Origin: Botryllus schlosseri
Lineage: Eukaryota
Assembly (NCBI GenBank): GCA_051294905.1
Contig: CM119371.1
Location: forward strand, 41,418,001 to 41,482,000
DNA: 64,000 nt
Direction: 5' to 3'
In this document: in pieces, positions 40,401-52,400 of the stretch
Layout: the number at the start of each line of letters is the position of its first letter
Numbering within the stretch: the first letter of the stretch is position 1
Made by a program: the position numbers and the translations under genes
The notes under the pieces: model-generated
Told to the model about the DNA's origin: nothing
Databases searched by the model: none
Seen by the model: only the letters and a program-made list of their open reading frames with translations

Positions 40401-43400
40401 CAGTTATTACACCTTGGATATTGTCGGGAAGATTGGATGCACTTTGTCAATCGTTGGGCTGTCGTTGACGATTGTCACATACTTATATTTTAGGTAAGTC
40501 GTTTCTATGTTATTGGCGCTAATTGGTCAATCGCTTTCACATTTCTGTTGCTGAATGAGGCTACCGCTACGGCCAATTAAAATTTTTAAATTCACTGAAA
40601 ATAATATTCAAATTTTAATTTCAACCCCGTGAAATTGTTAAGATGCCTAAAACAACGATGTATAACTTTTTCGCTCACTTCCAATCGGAAGAAGCGAAGT
40701 CATTGCAGTTGAAAGTTTTGGATTTGCGAAAAAACGTTGATGATGGGTAATCCCCGAATCTAATGAAAAACTCAAACAACTTCACCTCTACGTGTTAGAA
40801 TGGCGTCAAATTTCATTTGCAACGTTTCCGTAGACAACTTAACAACTCCATTGGGTTGAGGGTAAAATTAGAATTTTTTTTTTTTCAAATTTATTTTAAT
40901 AAATTGAAAGTTTTCAATTTGCTGTGCAGCGGCTTCTACTGGTTAGAATTAATCCGAATTTGAAGTGTAGCATTTTTTGAGCAACCTAATCATTGAATCC
41001 AGGGAATCCGGGGTAAAAAGTTATTTTCGAACAACCCTTGGCTACACCCAATCAAATTTGTCATAGTCGATCTAAACATGTTCGGAATCATAATATTATA
41101 CCAAAAAAGTGAATCATTAAGTATTTAAGACCTAGTGTTGCCTAAAAATCCGAAAAATGTGAAATCGAAGTAGAAGCATTCGTCATTACTGATCAGAGGT
41201 GTCCAAAATAGCCATCGTTGACACTCGAGTAGAGGTATAGAAGAAGCGTCGTAAATTTTTACTCAAGTACATACTTTAAAGCAAGTAACAAAATAAGTAC
41301 TTTTGCTCTAGTTTGGCTTAATAATTCGAAAGCTGTGTGACGTAGAAGTAGCATTATTTTGTTACTGACCCCCTCTGCTGCTGATATTGCACGCATCAGT
41401 CCTTTCATTTTTCTATATTTTCAGAATATATATATATATATTCAGGTCCCTCCGAAAAAATAAGTTGACTCAGATCCATTTACACCTGTGTGCCTCGTTG
41501 CTGGTCGGTTACCTGACGTTTCTGGCTGGAGTCGAGAGACCACGTGCTTACGTCCCATGCCAAGTGGTTACTGCCGTCCTGCAATTCTCGTTTCTTTCCG
41601 CATGCGGGTGGATGATCACGGAATTTTACGTGATGTACAGGTCAGGCTTGTGTTACGCATGCGTGTATGTGTGACATTTACACTTGGGGTTGTAACCAAG
41701 TCATAAGGTTACGAGTCACAAGTCAATTTCACTTTTATGGTTATGAGTAGAGTCAAGTCGAGTCGGTGGCCAGATAGCGTATATAGAGGTAAAATCCACA
41801 GCTGCAACATCAATAGGTTGACGGTTCGAGTCCGACCGAGGTTGACACAACCTAAGTGTTGGTGAATACTATAAATATCAATTCACCACCGTGTCAAGTG
41901 CGAGTCCAAGTCCGGGATCAGACGATCGAGTCCGTGTCATAGTTGGTTTGTTTGTTTTGTGGTATTTATGGTATTTGTCGACTACTATGATCATTTTACA
42001 CCAGGACGATATTCTTCACTTTTATTCCGTGACCGCCGACTTTTACCAAGGCCCACTTCTAGACTTTTTGTAAGACACAGCTTACATGGATGAGGTGGTG
42101 AGGCGGAGCCTAGATAAACCTCGAATACTTGGGTATAGGAATTCTGAAATCGTGTTGAGACTACTTTTAATTTCTGTTGTGATATCTAAGGCTTCACATT
42201 CCTATACTCAAGTCATCATAACCCTGATTTGGTAACTGACGTGCCGATCACGCAGTGCAGTGGTTCCCAACCTTTTTGCCATCATTCCCCACTTCAGATT
42301 TATTCCGAGACTTCATTCCCCACCTGGACCGTAACAGCACTTCGTCACCCCCCCCCCCCCCCAAAAAAAAAAAAAATTAAAAAAAATAAATAAACCGTTG
42401 GTCTTGGATTCCTCACAGGGTGATAAACCCAACTTCTGGGGGCCACGCTCCCTAGAACCCCATCAGCCCCCTGAGCCTGTACGCTTTCTTCCCGTTAGTT
42501 ATCAGCTACATTGGGTCCACTGTTTCGAGCGTCGCCTTATTTCGACTAAACGCGCCAAGCGCGAAAAATTCATATTGTAAACGACTGTCATGCGCGAAAG
42601 CATAAGTAGGCCGCACGCAAACCAAAACCGTGACGGCACACACGGGCACAGGCAATCTGCGAGGCACGTGTTCTCAGAACCCGCATATTGAGGTCGGCGC
42701 GCTCGCGCTTCAGTCGTAAGATAGACAATTGGCTCCATTTCGTTTCATTTATTCTTTCTATTTCTTGTTTAACCGCAGTATCATTTGAACCTGGTAAATC
42801 TACAAGTTTCTGACCACTAATTACTACTATTTGGCTGTTCTGTGCTAGTAAAGAAAGCTCCTTGGATCTGCGTGTGTGATCAGGATTGCGAGAATACTCA
42901 GAGCGGTCATTAGTCAGTCAACTAGTGCGTATAACGGGAACTGTAGCTGTAGCGTCGACTCCAATCAAGTAATATACCAGCGTGTCTTGCAACAAGTCGT
43001 TGCAGCGACCGCTACAGTCAGAAACTTTACCAGTCATAAAGTTGAAAGTCGGAAACGTTTAAAATCATGGAAGCTGCAGCAACGTCAGAGAAAGCTGACT
43101 GCTCAGCCGCACAAAGTCAAACTGTGGCAACGTCAGAGAGTGCTGACTGCACAGTTCCACCAAGTTCAGAGAGTGTTGAAGACGGACGTGCAAGTGTCAA
43201 GAAAGAAATTGTGGACCAGAGCCCCGCGAATAGCAAGTCAGTGGGTTCTGATGTTCCAACCAGTAGTGACGGCACTTTCCATGGATTCGATCAGAGATTG
43301 GTTGAACTTGATCGTCAGTTCCGTGAAACAAAAGGAGAAGTGGAAAGACGCATCGAATCGGTAAAGGATATTATAACACAATCAGCAAATAAAGAAGTAC

Positions 43401-46400
43401 GGGAAGCAATGAAAGGTGTTTCCTACTGCAGAGACGAATTGCGGAAAATTACCGGAGAAATTACCTCCAAGTATGCTGAAAATTCGGAAACAAAGGATTT
43501 CACCAACAGTCTGAGGTTGGTTGAAATGAATATTAAAAAAGTCAAGAAAACCGCTACGGACTTCATGATGCTTCCATCCGAAAATGGATCCGTCTGTAGC
43601 CGCGCGAGATCTGGAGCCAGCTCGAGATCGAGTCGTCATACGCAAAACAGTCGCACCAGTCACAAACAGCAATTTTATGGTCATCAAAAAGAAGCGGCTG
43701 CTCTGAAAACCGGACTTGAATTTACGAAGCGAGAAACGGAAGCAAAAAGAGAGGCTTTCGAAAATGAAACTAAATGCAAGGCAGAAATGGAACGAATGAA
43801 AATTGAAAACGAACGATTGAAAATGGAAAACGAAGCAAAGTTGAAGCAATTGTCTCTGGAGTCTGAGCTAGCTGAAAAACTAGCCGTGATCGCAGTTTGC
43901 GAGCAAATTGAAAGAGAGGAAAACTCCTTTGGTCTTGATGACGATGAAGATGTCGTACGTGAAGAACTAAGTTTTACAGAAATACGGAGTAAGGTTCCCG
44001 TATTGAATTCGGTAGAGAAGGTACAAAACTTCGTTATTAGTAACCCGCGCGTGTGCCCTGAAGTAAGCCAATGTAATGTCGAATGTAGTGAACCCGTATC
44101 CTACGGCTCAGTTATTGATAAAACTCCTGTGCCAATAAACAATGTCCCACATGTTGAGCCGGAAGCAACCGGCCGAAACACGTTTGCAGAGATGCCCGTT
44201 AATCATTCTATTGATGTACCCATTGACCGTCAATACAACATGAAACCGTTGATGCGGATACCTGATATAAAAGTTTGGGTTTTTGATGGCGATGAAACTA
44301 ATTATATGGAATGGGAAAATTCGTTTAAAGCGTTAGTTGAAGATAGTGTGTATTGTGTTCATGAAAAGATGAATTTGTTGAAACAACATCTTGGTCCGGG
44401 CCCGTTGAAAGTTGTGAAATGTTATTTTTTGCGTGGTACCGAGGAATCTTATCGAAAAGCAATAAGTGACTTGCGAAGTAGGTATGGAAGTCCTGTCGTT
44501 GTTGGGCAGGCCTTTCTTGATAAATTGAAAGGTTGGCGTCATATAAAGGAAAATGATAGACTCGGGCTGCAAGAATTCTCTGATTTCTTGGAGAGAGAGA
44601 GAGAGAGAGTCTTTATTTTCATCGAACCAAAATACATAACAAACGGCAGTGATGGTGGTACAGAAAATATGCGTGCACAGTATTCGGTATTAGATAGGAA
44701 TGATCGATAAGACCGTGAAGGTCATCTAGTCTGATCACACCAGCATCAAACAAGTACACTTGACTCTGAACAGTCTGGCTGTAAAGAAATGTTTAGTTAA
44801 AGGAAAATAGAAAAAAAATTAAACAATGGTGGCAAATGATCAATGAAGCAATGTCTGGGCGAGGTAGGGCAACAGTGTTAGTGTAACGACAAGAGGTGAT
44901 CAAGTAGGGCTTTTTTGAATCTATTATAAGGCAATTCACGGATATGTGGTGGTAATGCATTCCAGATGATAGGTCCCGAGTAGTCGATAGATCTCTTAGT
45001 TAGGTTGCTATTGGGTGGGGGTAAGTAGATGTTTCCTTTAGACGAGGATCTCGTGTAATGGGAATGGACATGTTTAGCAGGTATGAAAAAGTCATCAAAC
45101 ACAGTAGGCGGACTATTGGAAAAATATTTGTGAACAACTTTTGATACTTCGAAGCGATATAGTTCATCAACTCGCAAAACTCACTTATTGATAAGTGGTG
45201 TTGTAAAGTGTCGAAGTACAAGGCACAGATGAATGATGTAAATTGCTACCCTCCATTTGAGTATTTCGTGTCATTTGTGAGGGATCAGTCTGAACGTCGA
45301 AATATGCCAGAATTCAGAATGTTGGATGAAAACCGAAATAGTAATGTCACGCAATCTGGTCAAAAGTTTGCCCGTGACAGGCCATGTGTTTCATTTGGAA
45401 CTAATGTTATGTCAGGCTAATATAATTGCATGTTTTGTGGAGAGAATGATCACCATATCCCAGATTGTGTGGATTTTGAGAATTTACCGTTTTCTGAACG
45501 AATATCGTTTATGCGTGACACGTTTTTATGTTATGGATGTGGGGACAGATGTACTAGGATGCAACACGGTGAAGATTGTCCAAACCGCGTAGTTTGTAGG
45601 AAATGTGGAAAGTTACATTTAACTAGCTTGCATCCGTGCTCTGCTCCCGTTGTTTCGAATTGTATTGAAGTGTCCGAGCATAAAACCGTAGGTGATTAAT
45701 GATAGTATAATTTGTGATTTGGTCTCAGATTATCCTTGTCTGTTTTGTACTATCGCTGTATGATGTATGTTATTAGCATTTGCCCGTCTTTGTTGCCTGT
45801 TATGGTCTATTTCTCCTTTTGTGTTCGATGCAATGCTTGTAAAAGTCCGATACCCTGACGTGGAGCCACATTGTTTATGAAAATAGTTGTAAAGACATTT
45901 TGTGTTGCACAAAAATGTCCTTAAGGGGGGAGTGTAAACAACTGTCATGCGCGAAAGCATAAGTAGGCCGCACGCAAACCAAAACCGTGACGGCACACAC
46001 GGGCACAGGCAATCTGCGAGGCACGTGTTCTCAGAACCCGCATATTGAGGTCGGCGCGCTCGCGCTTCAGTCGTAAGGTAGACAATTGGCTCCATTTCGT
46101 TTCATTTATTCTTTCTATTTCTTGTTTAACCGCAGTATCATTTGAACCTGGTAAATCTACAAGTTTCTGACCACTAATTACTACTATTTGGCTGTTCTGT
46201 GCTAGTAAAGAAAGCTCCTTGGATCTGCGTGTGTGATCAGGATTGCGAGAATACTCAGAGCGGTCATTAGTCAGTCAACTAGTGCGTATAACGGGAACTG
46301 TAGCTGTAGCGTCGACTCCAATCAAGCAGTATACCAGCGTGTCTTGCAACAAGTCGTTGCAGCGACCGCTACACATATAATTCATGTTTGAATCGGTCAA

Positions 46401-49400
46401 TATGATCGGGAATTGCACATATGTTGCTATCAATTTTTTATCCCCTCTCTGCTCACGTAATCGGATTTGCCGGTAGAGCCGAGTGAGGTGTGTTGGAAAA
46501 GGTAAGACTCCTAAATAAGTATTAAACATCTTCGGACGGATCCGTTGGTATATTGACTTCGTTACATTATGCTATTTCGTGACCTTCTATGTGCTATTTC
46601 AAAAGATATGGAAATCACCAAAACTAAAAGGCACACACGATTTCAATTTGGTATTGCTTTATTGGCAAATGATTTGTCCTCTGGGGTTCAGATCGCCAAT
46701 ACAGGAACAGTCGGCGCCAGCCATTTAGCCGCTTATGGACAAATAAACATATATGTATATTGTTTTAATGAAGTTTTCTGTCACCACTATGGCATTCATT
46801 CTCGGCCAAGCTCTTCTCGCTGCTTATCGTTCTGGCACACTGCTCGGAGTCGTATGTTACATGGCCTATAACTTCATATGTCTTGGTGCGTCGAGGCGCA
46901 GTAATGGCCGACGCCGAAGTGTCCATTTCTATAAATTCTACCTTTTTTCGCGGGGAAGGGTAACCAATAATCAAGATATTCGGTAACATTATATCGCGCC
47001 CCCAGCGCAAAAATATTTTGAAAAAGTGGCATAAATTTCCAAAAAATACTCTATAATTTATTTTAATTCACGAAATGATTTTCGGCAGCTACGGTCCTGT
47101 TCTCCACTACCCAATACTTTTGTCATCACAGACTACACAAGACACACAACCACACCAGTACGCAAGACAATCGCCAATAACTATAACATAAAACTCATTG
47201 TGAACTGATACCAGTAACGCTCAAAATTTCGAGAAAGCGTTATTTCGGGTCAAACTAGTCGTGCTGGATGCGTTTGTGACGCCATGATTGACCACCCAGA
47301 GTTAAAAATGAGGTTTTGTGAACAACATGCATTATAATTTTCGATACATACATTCCAGAGCAGTTAACCGGTAACGGTAATTACGCATGTGTCTTCGTGA
47401 ATATGTAAACTGTCCTGTATATAATACTGAACAAATGCGTATTCCCCACCAGAAACCATTGAATTCCCCGCCAGTGGGAAATTCTCCACCGTTTGGGAAC
47501 CACTGATGTAGTGTAAATGTAGACTACTATCAAGCCAGTAATCTTTATATGGGTGTACTAAACTGTAATATATTACCGTGCTAGTGTAACTAGGTAATGT
47601 TGGGTTGATTTTGCTTCTTATCGTTACCATCCAATATGAAGGAAATTCATTCGGGTGATGGAACACATCCACCGACGGTTTGTGTTTATGGCAAGTATTT
47701 TGGTGTACGCCGCTTCACTGACGACCACCGCCATTACAGTCGTGGTTGCTTTCACTGTCGACGATACTGTAGATGGTTGGATCCCGTCCAAGGACAACGG
47801 TTCGTATATGCTTTATATTTTGAGCTTAATATTAGCAATAGTTCTATATTTAGCTATAACTATACGTATTACACGTGTATGAGGACTCTACCTTGGTGGA
47901 TCTATGGACTTTGGAAAGCAGCTTCAGTGTATACATATAATGTTTGAAAATGTTTGAATTAAATCTGGAGGTGTTCAGTAAAGAAGAAGGGCCTTTACTT
48001 TTCCGAAGTACTGAAGTAGGCTTTGCTCTACTTACACAAGTAGCCTAGTTATGTCTGTAGACTACTACCACTTCTACTAACATAGTTTTTAGTATTTTAG
48101 CAAAACTACTGGAATACTGAAATACATAGGCTACTTTGTACTCGAGTAAAAGTAGATGTAATGTCGTAAATCTCTACTCATTTGCTATTAGAAGTTGCGA
48201 ACTCCGTGTTTGTAGAAAAGCAAGTATTTTAGACCTGTTTTCGGTAAGGCTGACAGAAGAGTATATCGTTTTCAGATCCATTGTGCTGGAAATCATCTTA
48301 CGCGGGCGACAGGCTCTGTTGGCTGCACTCGTATGCGTTGTATTTCGGGTTCCTGGTGCCTGTTGGGATTATGTTCGCCATCAATTTCGTGGGGTTCATA
48401 GTGATCATGCACAATATCAACAGGAAAAGACCGAACGTAAGATTCCATTCGATCGTCAATGTCATGGTTGTTGTTTAGTATTCATAGTGTTCCGACATCT
48501 ATCATCAGTTGACATTTTTTCAAGTAATTGTAATTGTAATTGAAATTGAAGCATTTCTAATTTGTGTAATTGTAATTGTAATTTGATAATAATTTTGCTC
48601 AAATACAATTTCAATTACATTGTTATGGAAACCTGACAATCACAACATAAAATAATCAATCAATCAAACATTTATTCGTCCCACCAGTGAAAATCCGGTA
48701 CGGACCAGGATGACGACGAGGGACCGTAAGGCCTTAAGGCCTTAGTACACAGTTGCCACCTGTGATAATTATCCTATTTACAACGGTATTCTGTGCATGC
48801 CGTGTTATAACTAGATAATTCAGTCATGCTGAACTGTTTCCCATACTTCAGTAGCAACAGAAAACGTTGTGAATTACAATATAGGCTAAACCAGTGGTTC
48901 ACATACTGGGGGACGTGGTGTTTTTCGATTACAATGATCATTTACACCAGGCCGATATTCTTGAGTATGATTCCGTATATTACGACTTGAAGCACGATCC
49001 ACTTCTGGGCTTTTAGATACCGCTTACGCATATCAAATTTCGTGGGGATACTAAAAATTTCTAGTTGTCTGGCTAGACCAGTGGTTCCCAACCTTTTTGT
49101 CGTCATTCCCCACTTCAGATTTATACCAAGCCTTCATTCCCCACCAGGACCAAAACAGCACTTTGTCAGCCCCGCTAATAAAAACGTAGGTCTTGGGCCC
49201 TCAGAACCCCATCAACCCCGCTGAGGGCTGAGCCTGTACGCTTTTTCACTGCATCTTATTAGCTACATTGGGTATAATGATTAGTGCGTCGCCATTATTT
49301 CGACTAAACGCGCGAAGCGCAAAAAAATATATAATTCGTGTTTGAATCGGCCAATATGATCGAGATTTGCATATATTTTGCTATCAATTTTTTAATTTCC

Positions 49401-52400
49401 TCTCTGCTCCCGTAATCAGATTTACCGGTAGAGGTGAGTGAGGTGTGTTGGAAAAGGTAGGAAACCTAAATAAGAATTGAACATATTCGGGTGGACCCGT
49501 TAGTATATTGACTTCGTTACATTATACTGTTTCTTGACCTCCTATATCTGACATGTCAAAAGATATGGAAATCACCAAAACTAAAAGGCACACACGATTT
49601 CAAATAGGTATGGCTTTACTGGCAAATAATTTTTCCCCGCGGGAGGGCATTTGTCGTGGGGTTCAGATCTCCAGGACAAGAACATTCGGTGCTAGTTATT
49701 TAGCCAATTAAACATATATGTATATTGTATATAGTGAAGTTTTGGGTCGCCTCAAGGGCATTCCTTCTCAGCCAAGGTCTTCTCGCTGCTGATCGTTCTG
49801 GCACTCTTCTCGGATTTGTATGTATCATGGCCTATAACTTCATATGCCTTGGTGCGTCGTGGTGCAGTAATGGCCGACGCCGAAGTCTCCATTTCTATAA
49901 ATTCTACGTATTTTCGTGGGGGGAGGGTACCTAATAATCAGATATTTGGCAAAATTAAATCGCGCGGGAAAAAAATTTGAAAAAGTGGCATAACTTCAAA
50001 AAAAATACTTTAATTTATGTTAATTCACGAAATAATTTTGGGCCCCTTCGAGCTCGCGGTTTGGGGTGCGACAGTTGCGGTCCTGTTCCCCACTACCCAG
50101 AACTTTTGTCATCACAGAGCAGCTATTTGCTGGTTTAACTACACAAGACACACAACCACACCAGTACGCAAGACAATCGCCTATAACTGCAACATATAAA
50201 CGGTATTGCGAACCGATACCAGTAAAGCTCAAAATTTCGCGAAAGCGTTATTTCACATCAAAGTAGTCGTGCTGGATGTGTTTGTGACGCCATGATACAC
50301 CATCCAGAGTTAAATATGCGGTTTTGTGAACAACAAACGCAGTTTAATTTTCGATATTTGCATTCCAGAGCAGTTAACTGGCAACGGTAATTGCGGATGT
50401 GTCTCCTTGAATATGTAGACTGTGCTGTAGTTTTAAACAATTGCGTCTATTCCCCACCAGAAACCATTGAATTCCCCACCGTTTGGAACCACGGGGCTAG
50501 ACTAATTAGAGCAAAATGTCGGTTATGCAATTTTAATTTGATTTGTGAAATGTTTCGATTCTCAGATTTTATTTCTGATCCAATTTCTGGTGTTCCTGAA
50601 AATGCTACAGCAGAACTGTATCGTGTATAACAAACCGAGATTGCTGCACAGAGACTTGCCATTATCATGCTTATGGGAAGCAACAATGATTTTATACGAA
50701 CTGAACTTAATTCAATCCCCGAGTTATGGAGAATCCAGTAATTCTAATTATAATCTAATTTCTGCTTCTCCTTAGATGTTACAGGAGAACTATATTGTGC
50801 GAAACGAGCCGTGCTCGGTGGACAGACATTTGCAATATATATTAACTCTGGCTTGATATAAACTGAAATTGATTCTTGTTGTCTTTCTTACTGATTAGGG
50901 ATTGAATTCAATTCTCAAGTTTTTGAGTATTCATTAATTTTAATTTAATTTGAAAGAGCTGAAAATTCTTAAGTTTCCCAACTTTACCGAGTATGGACGA
51001 CCGATTTTTCGTAATAATAACACCGTCCAATTAAATTCCAGCTTGGTCACCAAACCGGTGAAGACCCGAAATTGAAGGATCAGCTTATTCGAGTGTTTCT
51101 GATATCGAGTTTGCTGGGCGTCACTTGGATGTTCGCCGTGCCTCTGACGCTTTCAGAAGACGAGATCGTAAACAAAACGTTCAGCTGGCTATTCTCCATC
51201 GGAAACGCATTCCAGGTACACATAGAGTAGGGTTACCACAATACGTCCTCTTTCAAGGAGATTTGTCTTTTTTATTTTAATTTTTTGAGAGTGTCCTTGG
51301 AGGACGCCTAAATGGCCTCTTTTTCGAGATTTTTTCCTCTTTTTTGAGAATTTTGTTCAAAAATAGGGTAAAACTCGGGTGAGATACACTCAATCAGCAC
51401 CGAAGTAACGCTCCGGCGGCTATTTCAGGAGCTGAGCCGGAAAGTTGACCTTTCAGTCAACAAACGGAAGAGCATGGTAAAAATGCGTGTTTTTGGGGAG
51501 TCGAGACGAAGTGATGACCTCTTTTGTTAGTCAACCAACCACTAAGTCGGAGGAAATTGACCATTTATTCCGAATTTTACTCCAGTATTGTAAAGCGGAA
51601 ATTTTTTAAAAAGTGTGCTTTTTTCACATTTCCAAAATATGGTAACCCTAACATACAGTCACGATAAGTGAGAATCATGTGCTACGTATACAGTTTTGTA
51701 TATCACGACTCTAGAGGGGTCAATAGCGAAGTATAGTGTACTTTTTTGATTACTCAAGTAGATTTTTCCCATTACTTTCACTGCTTACCAGAGTGATTAT
51801 GTTTGACGACTACTTTCACTTCCTATTGAACAGCTTTTAAGCAAAACTTTTAACAATTTGGATTTCGAAAAGTAAAATTTAATTTTGGGTCAATTTTCAT
51901 CATTTCTACGAGTGAAATTGTTTTAAGAAACGCGTGAAATATCTTCCGTATCATCCTGAATATATTTACGGAGATTACACCGATGTGTACTGTCATTAAT
52001 CAATTTAGGTATTGCAAAGGCACATCTTGCAATTTCAAAAGTAGGGGCTCCCGTTTAAGTGCTAAAAGTAGTGAATAATAATTATTATTATTATTATCAC
52101 AAACATGAGTGGTACTTTTCGCCATTTATGGCCTTGTGCGCCACGGTCGTCAGGAAATTCAAATCAAGCAGTAACTAAATGAACTTATTACAACTTATCA
52201 CAAACTCGACGACGGCGGTGGACAATTGCGATGACGAGAGTAGGTTGCGTATGGTGAACGGTACATGTACCTGATTGCAATAGGTTATTAAAAATGATCG
52301 ATGAAAGTCGTATTTACTGCACGATATCAAAAAGTGTTCGACTGTTTCGATGACATCGCATTCTTCGCACATTGGAGAGTCCGAGCAGCCGATTCTGAAT

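Larger units (their letters stand above)
42576..46373 (+). mobile_element. BEL/Pao LTR retrotransposon, gag-only non-autonomous
   Basis: 441-bp TG...CA LTRs (42576-43016, 45933-46373; 4 differences seen), 5-bp TSD CATAT, PPT AAGGGGGGAG. Gag has FDGDETNYMEWENSF (DUF1759-type) and a triple Cys/His knuckle; no pol. Confidence 0.95.
42258..47505. mobile_element. hAT MITE (CAGTGGTTCCCAA) hosting the BEL element
   Basis: TIRs at both ends; TSD ACGCAGTG/ATGTAGTG; an uninterrupted sister copy is at 49079-50494. Confidence 0.85.

Noticed and set aside
44591..44710. C-terminus of the 547-aa ORF (ERERERVFIF...) as part of Gag
   Set aside because: It is read-through into the antisense LINE tail.
42502..46095. 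Two near-identical minus-strand ORFs (MEPIVYLTT...) as duplicated genes
   Set aside because: They are antisense frames of the two LTRs.
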